Positions 37,699-51,645 of a DNA stretch of 64,000 bases are shown here, piece by piece. Below the pieces are notes generated by a model. The model was given only the letters and a program-made list of their open reading frames with translations. It had not been told where the DNA came from and ran no database searches. The stretch comes from Octopus sinensis (Eukaryota). Location of the stretch: assembly GCF_006345805.1 (NCBI RefSeq), contig NC_043006.1, forward strand, positions 6,200,001 to 6,264,000, in the 5' to 3' direction. The position numbers and the translations under genes are program-made. Positions within the stretch are counted from its first letter, which is position 1, and every line of letters begins with the position of its first letter.

Positions 37699-38762
37699 TT
37701 GAAAGAATGGCCAAATATGATTTTCTCTCCACCAGAACAATAATGAAACTCTGCAGTAAGATCAGAATTCCTGTCTCGTGAACTTAATATATCTATGCAC
37801 ATGATCCAACTGCTATTGACAAATTTGTGTTCCCAAAAATTTCAGATTTATTAAACAGAAAATATATGCAATGTCATATGTTCATTTTAACATCTGTTTT
37901 CTATGCTAGTATGGGTGGATGAATATGGTACTGAGACACTGGTTCCCAGCCTTATGTCCTTCCAGTTGTTTTGAGCCTTACCTGTTCTTCAAGTAAGAAA
38001 TTTTTTATTCTATGCAGCTTTGATTTTTTATTCTATGCGGATGAGTTATTGATAAAAGTGCCAACAACATCACTTAAGTGACTTTTGAATACTTGAGTAT
38101 ATATGTATATATGATCCCTGTGCTGGTGGCATGTAAAAAGCACCATCCGAACATGGCCGACGCCAGTGCCGCCTTGACTGACTTCAGTGCCGGTGGCACG
38201 TAAAAAGCACCAACTGATTGTGGCCATTGCCAGCCTCGCCTGGCACTTGTACTAGTGGCATGTAAAAATCACCCACTACACTCACGGAGTGGTTGACGTT
38301 AGGAAGGGCATCCACCTGTAGAAACCATCCAACCCATGCTAGCATGGAAAATGGACATTAAATGATGATGATGATACATGTAAACACACACATATATAGT
38401 TAAAATTATATTTGGATATAAACCTTGTAAGGATGCTGTGCCAACCATATTTACTTGCGACCTCTTGTCAATATCTGATGATTCATATGCTACTGGATTT
38501 ACTTGAGGTATTTCTTGGTGTTTGTGGCGTTTATATAAATAGATCAGATATAAAAAATGGAATTCACAAGATTCTTTATTTAAATCCACTACAATTGTTT
38601 CAACCCATCCTGCATCTGTACCTCACAGGTAGTATAATCAATTGTCTTGCATGATAGGTGCATATTGCATCTCCTCAAGTGACTTTTTAAACAAGTACCT
38701 CATTCTTTCTTATCTCCAACTTATTAAGATATATTTTTAAGTAGTCTGCTACATTGCAGCAG

Positions 38763-39040
38763 TTTTCATAATAATAATAATAATAATAATGATAATAATG
38801 AAATTATTGTATACAGTGCTCAGGTGCAACACAACTTGTCAAAAGTGCATATAAAGCATATGCAGTAATGTACAAATGTCTGGAAAATGATCAGTGTATG
38901 AGTCAGATACATGCTTGCGTGTATATAGGGGGGGGGAAACCAGGTGTAGTGTTGGTGAATCTCAGGAAGCATGGAAGTTTTGAAGGATGCAGTGCTCCGA
39001 CAACTAACAACTGATGCTGGCAGTTTGTTCCATACTTCAT
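38763..39040 (-). mobile_element. CR1/L2-type LINE 3' end
   Basis: Reverse complement of the 23640-23900 sequence with (ATT)n tail; abuts the satellite. Confidence 0.85.
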
Positions 39041-41438
39041 ATGTTTTTCGTTGCCAATAGAATATTTTTAGTTGTCTAAAGAATGTTTTTAGTTGCCTAT
39101 AGAATGTTTTTCGTTGCCAATAGAATATTTTTAGTTGTGTAAAGAATATTTTTAGTTGCCTATAGAATGTTTTTCGTTGGCAAATCGAATATTTTTAGTT
39201 GCCTATAGAATGTTTTTCGTTGCCAATAGAATATTTTTAGTTGTCTAAAGAATGTTTTTAGTTGCCTATAGAATGTTTTTCGTTGCCAATAGAATATTTT
39301 TAGTTGTCTAAAGAATGTTTTTAGTTGCCTATAGAATGTTTTTCGTTGCCAATAGAATATTTTTAGTTGTCTAAAGAATGTTTTTAGTTGCCTATAGAAT
39401 GTTTTTCGTTGCCAATAGAATATTTTTAGTTGTCTAAAGAATGTTTTTAGTTGCCTATAGAATGTTTTTCGTTGCCAATAGAATATTTTTAGTTGTCTAA
39501 AGAATGTTTTTAGTTGCCTATAGAATGTTTTTCGTTGCCAATAGAATATTTTTAGTTGTCTAAAGAATGTTTTTAGTTGCCAATAGAATGTTTTTCGTTG
39601 CCAATAGAATATTTTTAGTTGTCTAAAGAATATTTTTAGTTGCCTATAGAATGTTTTTCGTTGCCAATAGAATATTTTTAGTTGTCTAAAGAATGTTTTT
39701 AGTTGACTATAGAATGTTTTTCGTTGCCTATAGAATATTTTTAGTTGTCTAAAGAATATTTTTAGTTGCCTATAAAATGTTTTTCGTTGCCAATAGAATA
39801 TTTTCAGTTGCCTAAAGAATATTTTTAGTTGCCAATAGAATATTTTTAGTTGTCTAAAGAATGTTTTTAGTTGCCTATAAAATGTTTTTCGTTGCCAATA
39901 GAATATTTTTAGTTGTCTAAAGAATATTTTTAGTTGCCTATAAAATGTTTTTCGTTGCCAATAGAATATTTTTAGTTGTCTAAAGAATATTTTTAGTTGC
40001 CTATAAAATGTTTTTCGTTGCCAATAGAATATTTTTAGTTGTCTAAAGAATGTTTTTAGTTGCCTATAGAATGTTTTTCGTTGCCAATAAAATATTTTTA
40101 GTTGTCTAAAGAATATTTTTAATTGCCTATAGAATGTTTTTCGTTGCCAATAGAATATTTTTAGTTGTCTAAAGAATATTTTTAGTTGTCTAAAGAATAT
40201 TTTTAGTTGCCTATAGAATGTTTTTAGTTGTCTAAAGAATGTTTTTAGTTGCCTATAGAATGTTTTTCGTTGGCAATAGAATATTTTTAGTTGTCTAAAG
40301 AATGTTTTTAGTTGCCTATAGAAATGTTTTTCGTTGACAATAGAATATTTTTAATTGTCTAAAGAATGTTTTTAGTTGCCTATAGAATGTTTTTCGTTGC
40401 CAATAGAATATTTTTAGTTGTCTAAAGTATGTTTTTAGTTGCCTATAGAATGTTTTTCGTTGCCAATAGAATATTTTTAGTTGTCTAAAGAATATTTTTA
40501 GTTGCCTATAAAATGTTTTTCGTTGCCAATAGAATATTTTTAGTTGTCTAAAGAATATTTTTAGTTGCCTATAGAATGTTTTTCGTTGCCAATAGAACAT
40601 TTTTAGTTGTCTAAAGAATGTTTTTAGTTGCCTATAGAAATGTTTTTCGTTGCCAATAGAATATTTTTAGTTGTCTAAAGAATGTTTTTAGTTGCCTATA
40701 GAATGTTTTTCGTTGCCAATAGAATATTTTTAGTTGTCTAAAGAATGTTTTTAGTTGCCTATAGAATGTTTTTCGTTGCCAATAGAATATTTTTAGTTGT
40801 CTATTTTTAGTTGTCTAAAGAATGTTTTTAGTTTCCTATAGAATGTTTTTCGTTGCCAATAGAATATTGTTAGTTGTCTAAAGAATATTTTTAGTTGCCT
40901 ATAGAATGTTTTTCGTTACCAATAGAATATTTTTAGTTGTCTAAAGAATGTTTTAGTTGCCTATAGAATGTTTTTCGTTGCCAATAGAATATTTTTAGTT
41001 GTCTAAAGAATATTTTTAGTTGCCTATAGAATGTTTTTCGTTACCAATAGAATATTTTTAGTTGTCTAAAGAATGTTTTAGTTGCCTATAGAATGTTTTT
41101 CGTTGCCAATAGAATATTTTTAGTTGTCTAAAGAATGTTTTTAGTTGCCTATAGAATGTTTTTCGTTGCCAATAGAATATTTTTAGTTGTCTAAAGAATA
41201 TTTTTAGTTGCCTATAGAATGTTTTTCGTTGCCAATAGAATATTTTTAGTTGTCTAAAGAATGTTTTTAGTTGCCTATAGAATGTTTTTCGTTGCCAATA
41301 GAATATTTTTAGTTGTCTAAAGAATATTTTTAGTTGCCTATAGAATGTTTTTCGTTGCCAATAGAATATTTTTAGTTGTCTAAAGAATATTTTTAGTTGC
41401 CTATAGAATGTTTTTCGTTGCCAATAGAATATTTTTAG
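39041..41438 (-). repeat. 63-bp higher-order satellite array, inverted relative to 32013-33922
   Basis: About 2.4 kb of near-identical units; reverse complement of the 63-bp unit. Confidence 0.95.
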
Positions 41439-41560
41439 CATGAAAATAAGAAATGGAGAGAAGAAAAAATGAGGTAATTGTTTAAAAAGTCACCTGATGA
41501 GCTTCAATCTCCATCTGTGATGCAAGACAATTGATTGTACAGGATCTCAGCTGCAGGATG

Positions 41561-41925
41561 AGTTAGTTAGTTAGTTAATTTTTTGGCTCAAAAGCAGAAA
41601 GCAAAGCCATGTAGGGGGACATGGAGTTAAGTACAGGGTGGTGTTCGTGTAAAGAGTTCAGGCCACTTGAGGTCAAGGGAGACTTTGAAGAAAGTGGTCG
41701 TCGGCATCTTCACCATCTCGTCTGGCAGCTTGTTCCACGGATCCGCAACCCGGATGGAGAAAGCTCCTCTCCTTCGATTGAGATGAAATCGTCGCAGGTA
41801 GAGCTTTTCGGAATGACCCCGCAGCCGACGCTCTGGAGCAGGAGTGAAGAACAGCTCTTTCAAGAGGTTACACTTATGATGTTGTGAGCGAGAATGAGAT
41901 CACCACGGCGTCGTCGTTTTTCTAG
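41561..41925 (-). mobile_element. CR1-type LINE 3' end with (TAAC)n tail
   Basis: RLRGHSEKLYLRRFHLNRRRGAFSIRVADPWNKLP; shorter copy at 26820-26985. Confidence 0.85.
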
Positions 41926-42358
41926 AGTTGAAACAATTGTAGTGGTTTTGAATAAAGACTCACATGAATCCCATTTTCTGTATTTGATCTATATATCATC
42001 ACCATTTAGCATCCCTTATCCATGCTGGTATGGGTTGGACAGTTTGACAAGGGCTGGCAATGACAGGCAGCAACGAACTCCAGTTTGATTTGGCATGGTT
42101 TCTATGTCTGGATGTCCTTCCAAATGCCAAACTACACCAGTATCTGCCATCACTATGAATTCACTTGGCTTGATGGATCTTTCTTCTCAAGTACAGCATA
42201 TTGCGAAAGGTCTCAGTCATTTGTCATTGCTTCCATGAGGCCCAGTGCTCGAAAAATGCTTGTTATGCATCACTTACATGATTGCTAGTTATGTAACATT
42301 AACACTGGCCACCGTGAGGCCCAGTACTCGAAAAGTGCTTTTTACATGCTAACATATA

Positions 42359-42529
42359 GGCGCAGGAGTGTCTGTGTGGTAAGTAGCTTGCTAACCAACC
42401 ACATGGTTCCGGGTTCAGTCCCACTGCTTGGCATCTTGGGCAAGTGTCTTTTGCTATAGCCCCGGGCCGACCAATGCCTTGTGAGTGGATTTGGTAGACG
42501 GAAACTGAAAGAAGCCTGTCGTATATATG

Positions 42530-42570
<41 letters not shown>

Positions 42571-42790
42571 CTGTGTTTGTCCCCCTAACATTGCTTGACA
42601 ACCGATGCTGGTGTGTTTACGTCCCCGTCACTTAGCGGTTCGGCAAAAGAGACCAATAGAATAAGTACTGGGCTTACAAAGAATAAGTCCCGGGGTCGAT
42701 TTGCTCGACTAAAGGCGGTGCTCCAGCATGGCCGCAGTCAAATGACTGAAACAAGTAAAAGAGTAAAAAAGAGAAAGAGTAAAGAGTAAA
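42359..42790 (+). mobile_element. SINE family A
   Basis: Full-length copy. Confidence 0.9.
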
Positions 42791-42799
42791 AGCACAGGT

Positions 42800-43480
42800 G
42801 CTAATTACATGACACTGACAACGACCACAGCTATGAATACATATGACTTGATGGGTCTTCTAAAGCACAATATATCACCAAAGGTCTCAATCACTAGTCA
42901 TTGCCTCTATGAGACCCAACATTTGAAGATCATGATGCACCACATTGTCCCATGTCCTCCTGGGCCTCCCTCTTCCACTGGTAGAGATTGGCACTTCACA
43001 CAGCTGTCCACATCTATATCCATCACATCAATGCAGTCATCTCTCCTGCACATCACATCTTATGCCCGACTTTACTCTTAAGACGTTTACACTCTGTTGT
43101 ACATGCACTGTACTGACATTACACATATCCAGTGAAGCATACTAGCTTCATTTCTTTCAAGCCTGAGTTTGTCCTCAGCAGTTACAGCCGATGTTAAACT
43201 GCCATGCAACATGGCTGTTCACGCTCAAGCAACATACAATCAACCTTTCACTCTTAGGGAGAAGCCCTTTGTTACCAACAGAGGTAGGAGCTCTCTGAGC
43301 TTTGCCCAACTTATTCTTATTTTAGCAGCTATGCTCTTGCAACAGCCACCCCAGCTCTTGTGTCTATAGCTTATACCAGGTACGTGTCATGGAATTTCTA
43401 CCTATGCCTTTCCTACAGATCAAGCAGGGCCATCTATCTGAGGGGATCTGTGATTCGTCTGCTTTTCTGCTTACTAAGAC
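42800..43480 (-). mobile_element. RTE-like LINE 3' fragment
   Basis: WAKLRELLPLLVTKGFSLRVKG...MLHGS on the minus strand; same family as 4380-4860; related piece at about 8330-8640. Confidence 0.75.
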
Positions 43481-43629
43481 TTTCCATTGTTTACCATAAA
43501 CTCAGCCCTGATTAAAAAATTGCCCACCATTTTTTTTTTATTTGTTGTTCTTTCTGTTATAAGAACCACAAAGGATATTTGGCTTCTCTCAAGGTCTTTT
43601 AACCACAAATATTCTACCTTGTGTCTGGT

Positions 43630-44022
43630 TTACTCTTTTACTTGTTTCAATCATTTGACTGCGGCCATGCTGGAGCACCGCCTTTAGTCGAGCAAGTCGA
43701 CCCCGGGTCTTATTCTTTGTAAGTCCAGTACTTATTCTATCGGTCTCTTTTGCCGAACCGCTAAGTGACGGGGACGTAAACACACCAGCATCGGTTGTCA
43801 AGCAATGCTAGGGGGACAAACACAGACACACACACACTCATATATATATATATACATATATACGACGGGCTTCTTTCAGTTTCCGTCTACCAAATCCACT
43901 CACAAGGCTTTGGTCGGCCCGAGGCTATAGTAGAAGACACTTGGCCAAGGTGCTACGCAGTGGGACTGAACCTGGAACCATGTGGTTGGTTAGCAAGCTA
44001 CTTACCACACAGCCACTCCTGT
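43630..44022 (-). mobile_element. SINE family A
   Basis: Full-length copy. Confidence 0.9.
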
Positions 44023-44352
44023 ACATTTTAATTCAAGTTTTGAGATAGAATTCAAAGGACTGAAGTGAAATCTGGTAGAATGACTTGGCTAGTCGTTATT
44101 CAAGGGGCATAACTCTGTTCCAGTTCACCTGAGAAATAAATTTCATAAAACATGCGAGCCTCTATATAATTGTTCTGCCTGTTAGAAGAAACAGCCAAAT
44201 CTCCCTCAAATGATATCCAACAGTCTTAAAAGGGATATGCTGGATAACAGGGCCTGGGCTCCCTACACTCAAGACGTTGGGATTAAAAGCATTTCAACCT
44301 TTAATCAACAATTCTGTTGATTCAAGACTGATCAACAACTAAACAGCAATAC

Positions 44353-45000
44353 AGGTGCAGGAGTGGCTGTGTGGTAAGTAGCTTGCTTACCAACCACATG
44401 GTTCCGGGTTCAGTCCCACTGCGTGGCACCTTGGGCAAGTGTCTTCTACTATAGCCTCGGGCCGACCAAAGCCTTGTGAGTGGATTTGGTAGACAGAAAC
44501 TGAAAGAAGCCTGTGCCGGTGGCACATAAAAAGCACCATCCGTTCGTGGCCGTTTGCCAGCTCTGTCTGGCACCAGTGCGGGTGGCACGTAAAAAGCACC
44601 CACAACACTCACGGAGTGGTTGGCGTTAGGAAGGGCATCCAGCCGTAGAAACACTGCCAGATTTGACTGGGCCTGATGAAGCCTTCTGGCTTCACAGACC
44701 CCAGTAGAACCGTCCAACCCATGCTAGCATGGAAAACGGACGCTAAATGATGATGATGATGATGATGATGATGTATGTGTGTGTTTGTGTCTGTGTTTGT
44801 TCTTCTAGCATTGCTTGACAACCGATGCTGGTGTGTTTATGTCCCCGTTACTTAGCGGTTCGGCAAAAAAGAGACCGATACAATAAGTACTGAGCTTACA
44901 AAAGAATAAGTCCCGGGGTCGAGTTGCTCGATTAAAGGCGATGCTCCAGCATGGCCGCAGTCAAATGAATGAAACAAGTAAAAGAGTAAAAGAGAGAAAA
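44353..45000 (+). mobile_element. SINE family A interrupted by SINE family B (44513-44772)
   Basis: A head to 44512, B body with (GAT)n tail, then A tail. Confidence 0.85.
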
Positions 45001-45095
45001 GAGTACAGGTTTCAGTGGTACTTGAAGATTGAGTGGTTAGCAATAGTTTAATATCATATCTTCAAACGCCATAAGTACATTTGTGTATTCTAAGA

Positions 45096-45483
45096 CTAGC
45101 AGTATCGCCCGGCATTGCTCGGGTTTGTTTCGACCCTTTAGAATTGGAATTTTTGAAAAGAATTATGTAGCTTGATGTTCTCTTTAAGTGAACATTTTTC
45201 TGATTGAAATACTCCGCAAAATGGTGACATATCAGTCAAAAGATCGTAAAAAATAGGGATCTTCATTAAAAAAAAAAAGCACCTTTTTGATGTAAATAAT
45301 TTTTGGTGTTAACATGGTCTGATTTGAATTTTTTCTTCTACAGAATGAAGAGCAAGCCTTCTTCTATCATACTCTCAATTTTGGTCAACTTGCGCCGCAG
45401 GGTCTCGGAGGAGATATTGTTAGTTGAAGGCTACCAAAACTGCCACACACACACACAGACAACTTCGACTTTATATATATAGA
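45096..45483 (-). mobile_element. Non-autonomous Helitron-like element
   Basis: Reverse complement of the 18584-18902 family with intact 3' hairpin and CTAG. Confidence 0.6.
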
Positions 45484-46440
45484 TTGACATTTTCAATTTT
45501 GGTTAAGATAGCAAGAGAGTGGCTGCTGAGCTCTGAACAAAAGTATTCCAGCTGTGACCATTTGGCTTTTTTTTTCTTTCAGACATTCTATATTGATGAT
45601 CCAGAGGTCCTTCCTTTGAAATCGTGGTGTTATTTGAAAGAAATTTAACTGTTATTTCTATAGCTGAGCTACTATACAGAAGCTCCTTCACTGCCTGCAT
45701 GGGAGAGAGAGAGAGAGATGGTAAAAGTGTTTATTTTCTATTAATAATTCTTTATTTTTGTCGTATTGCCAATTGTTATGATAAAAACTTTTTTACACGA
45801 TAACCATGTAGTAACAATAAAACATAACGAAGCAGGGGAACAACAACATAACAATCCACAAACCAGCAAATGATATTCCGACAAATTACCAAAACAACAC
45901 CTTACGACTTCCTGCGATAAATGCTGACTCTGTCTCTCAGATTGCTACTATTTATAGTCGTTTGTGCCAAGTCTCTTCTCACAGGGTATATCTTGACTCT
46001 TGCCACAATTTTCCGCTTCCATATTTTTTTTTAGATTCCAATTCTAAAGTTTAATTCAAGGTGCCAGCTAAGCAGATAATACTATTTTGCCAGAGTAATT
46101 GCTGACATAATCTTCAGCATTGATTTAGTAGTGTATTACTTTACTTTTTTTTGTTGTTGTCACTAGCTTGTGGTTGTTTCACGTTGAGGATGGATTGTGT
46201 TCAGAAACCTAGATCTGTGAGTATCATGTAAGCATGTAAGGCTAGAGACAAGGATGATACAAATGCTATACAGATACAAACTATGTTGATAGCCAGCTAG
46301 AAAAGATGTTTTCCTGGGGCTAAAACAGCAGTAACATCGTCCTTTATACTACTGCCACATTCTGTTGGCATATACTATTCAGCACTGTTACTCTTGCTCA
46401 TAGATTTAAAACAAGTTGTTTTTCTCTATATGAGATCAGC

Positions 46441-46958
46441 AACTGTGTGTCGCTTAAAGAATATATAGTATTTGCAAGTGGAGAGAGAGCTTTCATCACT
46501 TGTGGTTGTCTCACACTGAGGATGGGAAACATCCAGAAACCTAGGTCTGTATCATGTAAGGCTAAAAATGGGAGTGATGACCTCCCTTGCAAATGCTATA
46601 TGGACACAAACTGTGGGTTAATAGCCAGCGATTACATTGACCCTCCAGTGCGCAACTGGTACTTTATTTATCGACCCCGAAAGGTTGAAAGGCAAAGTCA
46701 ACCTCAGCGGAATTTGAACTCACAACGTCGCGACAGACGAAATACAGCTAAGCATTTCGCCCGACGTGCCAACGTTTCTGCCAGCTCACCCACCTATCCT
46801 GTACCATTCATGCTGTTTTACCACACATTTTTACAACAGCAACAATGAAATGTAAATTTATGAAAAAAAGCCCATTCTTTACTGAACAGTTCATTTAACA
46901 ATCTGAAGAAAATATTAAAAGAACTTTCAGTTATGCTAACCCATAATCTATTTGTAGA
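46441..46958 (+). repeat. About 520-bp direct duplicate of cytochrome c intron segment 53307-53826
   Basis: Near-identical sequence including the embedded SINE-C piece. Confidence 0.9.
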
Positions 46959-49900
46959 ATGCTCAATTTTAAATTGCAGTTGGATAAAGATAGGTTATAT
47001 TAAAATACTTGATCTGCAACCTTTAAATTTAATGGTAACAATCTGATTTTTCAAGAGTGAATGTCAATGATATAGACAAGAACTTGAGATGGTTCTTGAC
47101 TTTTTGTTATCCTTATCATCTCTGCAATACAACCAATTCAAGACTTAATCAATCTTTTTAACTTGAAATTCTTTCTCCTGACACCAGCATCCATCACAGT
47201 GGCTATGGTTTAATGTTTTCTGATTACACCAGTTTCATGTGGAACTTAATATAAGTATTTTTACGTTTATATATTTGTTTTGCAAGATTTTTGATGTGAA
47301 ATCATGTGTTGTATTTCGGAATGGTCATTTTGCCAGTTTAGCCAATAAAAGCACGCGCACTATATATTTGGTGTTACTTTGCTTCAGCTTTATTAACTTT
47401 TTATATTAATCTTAATCTTATTTCGGCCAGAGTTCTTTCGTCACACTTCTGTGACCTCATCAGTGGTCCTTTGCTTTCTTCTTTCTTATTTGTGTCTCTC
47501 CTTACTAACGGTCAGCCATTTTGTATCTTGTATTCCTATTGTATGTCTTCATTTGCGCATGCGTATACCTCTATGTATATCTGTTTTGTGAGTGTGTGGG
47601 GGAGTGCCTGTAATATTTGTATCTCCTATTTATATACGTTCGTGTAATTTGTTTTTGTTTATTTTTATTTTGTTCATGTTTACACCTTATTATTATAATT
47701 TTTTTTATTATTATTTTTTTTAATGTATAGTTATTTATTTCCCTTTGTTTATTTATCTGTGTATTTTATTGTTTTTAGTTTTGTTTATATAAGATTAGGA
47801 TTAATGTAAAAAATACATAACGCTGAAGCAAAGTAACACCAAATATAATAGTGCGTGTGTTTTTATTGGCTAAACTGGCAAAATGACCATTCCTAAATAC
47901 AACAAAGTATTTTTACCTTTCTGTCTTAATACTTTTAAATGTCCTTATAAAACAACCTGTAAATTCAGCAAGGACAAGAAATACTTTTAAGCTTAGTAAA
48001 GCAATTACACAGCTAATATAAACTTAGAACTATTGAAACAAATTAGTTAGCCCTTACAGCAATCTGTAAATACAATATCAGAGTAGGTACGAAATCTTTT
48101 TATATCATCATCTGACATGTTTTCCATGGATTGAAAAGTTTGACAGAGGTTGGTAAGGCCAGAAGCAGCATCAGTCACTAACGTCTGTTTTGACAGGTTT
48201 TCTAAGGTTGGATGCCCTTCCAAATTACACCCATTTCAGTGCTTTTTACATGGCACCAGCACCAACCAGTCCACATGGCTTCGCAGTCTAGGGATCGAGG
48301 GTTCGACTCTCAGACTGGGTGATGTGTGTGTTTATGAGCGAAACACCTAAGTTCCACGCGGCTCTGGCAGAAGGTAATGGCGAACTTCTGCTGACTCTTT
48401 TGCCACAACTTTCTCTCACTCTTTCCTCCTGCATCTTGCAGCTCACCTGCAATGGACCGGCGTCCTGTCCAGTTGGGGAACCTATACGCCAAGGAAACTG
48501 GGAAACCGGCCCTTACGAGCCAGGAATGGCTCGAGAAGGATCAAACAACCAGGCCACCAAGTAACCTGCAGGACAAATACCACCTCAGGTGGGAGGTGGA
48601 AGAGTAGCAGTGAGGTGGAGGTGTGACATTGCACCAGCTGATGGGAGATTAAGAAATATAGAGGGACAGGGGCAGGTGTCGTTTTTGAGTAGATACCTGA
48701 ATACTTCAGTAGAAAAAGAAAGGAAGGTGACAAAGATGTGTTGGAACATGCTCTCAAAGAACATTGGGGATAGTGAGAATAAGCATAGTGATACGGAAGT
48801 TTAGACAAGACGGGTAGGCAGGATAGAGGGGACTGAAGCAAATGATGGAATGAATTGTGGTAGGCATGTGAGGACACTGAGGGTGATAGCAAATAAGTAA
48901 GGTGTCAATGATGGGGAACAGCATAAAGGAGAGAAGGCACAGAAAGGTGACCGATAGAGACAGTAGGCAGGGAAGATAATTATTTCTGTACTACCCACAA
49001 GGGGCTAAACATAGAGTGGGCAAACAAGGACAGACGAAGGTATTAAGTCGATTACATCGACCCCCAGTGCGTAACTGGTACTTAATTTATAAAGGCGGCG
49101 AGCTGGCAGAAACGTTAGCATGCCGGGCGAAATGCTTAGCGGTATTTCGTCTGCGTTACGTTGAGTTCAAATTCCGCCGAGGTCGACTTTGCCTTTCATC
49201 CTTTTGGGGTCGATAAATTAAATACCAGTTACGCACTGGGGTCGATGTAATCGACTTAATACCTATGTCTGTCCTTGTTTGTCCGCTCTGTGTTTGTGGG
49301 TAATAAAGAAATAGGTACTTAATTTATCAACCCCGAAAGGATGAAAGGCAAAGTCAACCTTGGCAGAATTTGAACCCAGAACGTAACGGCAGATGAAATA
49401 CGGCTAAGCATTTTGCCCAGCGTGCTAACGTTTCTGCCAGCTCGGAAGATAATGGGAAATGAAAGTGGTTCAGGGAGGAGGAGGAGGAGGTAACTGAGAG
49501 AGCAGTGGGATGTAGAACACACCTGTCCTGCTCTCAGGTGACAAAGAAGTGATAGGTGTTAGGGGGAAATATTAACAGAACAGAGAGAATGCAGGTGGGC
49601 ATGGGGCAGATAAATTACAGGTGTGCATGGGACAGAGCCCCTCACAGGCAAGCATAAGGTGGTTTGGGATATCAATTCTGCAGTGGTGAACAGGTCTTCT
49701 TGAGTACAGCAAGGAAACAGATATTTCGGCCCTTTTGTCACCTTGTTTGTAAGGCTCAGTATCTTGAGACAGGTCTTCAGTACTGTGTCTTATGCCTTGC
49801 CTCTCCTTCTTCCATGGATTCCCTCTACTTTAAGTGATCGGTACCTCTTTATTCATACATATCATCATCATCGTTTAACGTCCGCTTTCCATGCTAGCAT

Positions 49901-51281
49901 GGGTTGGACGGTTCGACCGGGGTCTGGGAAGCCAGGAGGCTGCACCAGGCCCAGTCTGATCAGCTGGATGCCCTTCTTAATGTCAACCACTCCGTGAAGT
50001 GTAGTGGGTGCTTCTTACGTGTCGGGGCAGCGCTGGCAACGGCCATGTTCGGATGGTTCTTTTACATGCCACCGGCACTGGTATCACAACTACAATTTCT
50101 ATTGATTTTTGAGCGATTTAGATTTCACATGAACAAACCCGTGCAGTCTTCTCTCTTGCAAATTGCATCTAATTCTTCTCATGCCGAACTTATCTCTCAA
50201 TACACTCATAGTCTGTTGTACATATACACTGACAATGAACATATTCCAGTGCATATTAGCTTCATTCCTCTCTAGTATTCACATGTCCTCTGCATTCAGG
50301 GCTCATGTCTCACTAACATGTAGCATTGCTGTTCATACAATCTTCCTTTCACCTGGAGAAAAAGACCATTGCTTGCCAACAAAGGTAAAAACACTGAATT
50401 TTTTCCATCGTATTCTTATTGCAGCAACTATAGTTTCAGTACATCCTCCCCCACTGCTAATTAGGCCCCTTATGTAGCAGAAATTATCCACTATCTCTAA
50501 AGAGCCTCAGGGACATTTGAGTTAAATCCATTTCCCGAATATTTGTAGTCTTCATGGCTCCTGTGCATCTTCTACATACAAATACCACTTTCTCAGATTG
50601 GTCAGATATGACCAGTTAGAATACTAAAAGGTTAAGGCCTTTTGATTCCAAGTTTTGCTTCCACATCTGGAATATGAAATTATAATGGATAGCTGTAGAG
50701 GAAAAATCGGGACCCCCTTCGATCATGACACTGACCATGGGAAGTCTGGGCAAGGTTGTTTATGGAAGACCAGCAGTCGCCCATGCATACCGGCCTCCCC
50801 TCTCCACGCCACCAATGTTATCCAAGGGAAAGGCAACAGCCGATACAGCTTGGCACCTGTGATGTTGCAACTCATTTTTACAGCTGAGTGAACTGGAGCA
50901 ACGTGAAATAAAGTGTCTTGCTCAAGAACACAACACGCAACCCGGTCCGGGATTCGAGCTCACAACCTCACGATCATAAGCTCGACGCTCTAACCCCTGC
51001 GCCATGTGCCTTCACATGAAAAATACACGCAAGGATAGAGCAGTAATTTGTTTAGAAATATTTTTCTGATACATTTGAGAGATATTTAACTGATAGGATT
51101 TTGAGGAAAGAAGTTTTTATACCCCTACAAGGACAATGGCCATGGCTGGAATGCTTTCCATAGCAAATCTGCTTGTTCAGGGATAATCTGGGGTTAAACA
51201 ACAATGGGTATCATTCATAATCAAATGATCACAAAGTAGGGTCTTGAGTGAGAGCCGGGTTAATTTATACTCAGGCTTAAT

Positions 51282-51453
51282 TTAATCTTGTAAATCGAAT
51301 TTTCAAAGTTGGTTTCTGTTGATTCTACACACAGGGATCAACTAGGAGTGACATATTCTGTTTATTATTAATCTTGTAAATCGAATTTTCAAAGTTGGTT
51401 TCTGTTGATTCTACACACAGGGATCAACTAGGAGTGACATATTCTGTTTATTA
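51282..51453 (+). repeat. 86-bp tandem duplication downstream of cytochrome c
   Basis: Units start at 51282 and 51368. Confidence 0.9.
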
Positions 51454-51645
51454 TTACCGTTATTCACAATACTGATATATGCTGTTACTCTGAGATCTTT
51501 TTTTTTTTTTCCAATGGTTTTAAAAAGAAAAGGTTTTAATTATAGTCTGTGATATTTTCCTGCAATGTTCTTAGAATGTAATTTTTTTTACAATATTTTA
51601 TGAGACATACAAACCGAACAAAATCGAAATTATATTTTTCTCTAT

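Noticed and set aside
37290-37860. Protein-like open stretches on the minus strand either side of a MITE (NFWEHKFVNSSWIMC...; LLKAKQKLRTALEKGLF...)
   Set aside because: No convincing splice sites or recognisable homology, and the frames are short.
46447-46848. 133-aa ORF with a near-identical twin at 53313-53717
   Set aside because: Runs through a SINE-C fragment, lies antisense in the cytochrome c intron in one copy, has no recognisable domain; explained by the 520-bp duplication.
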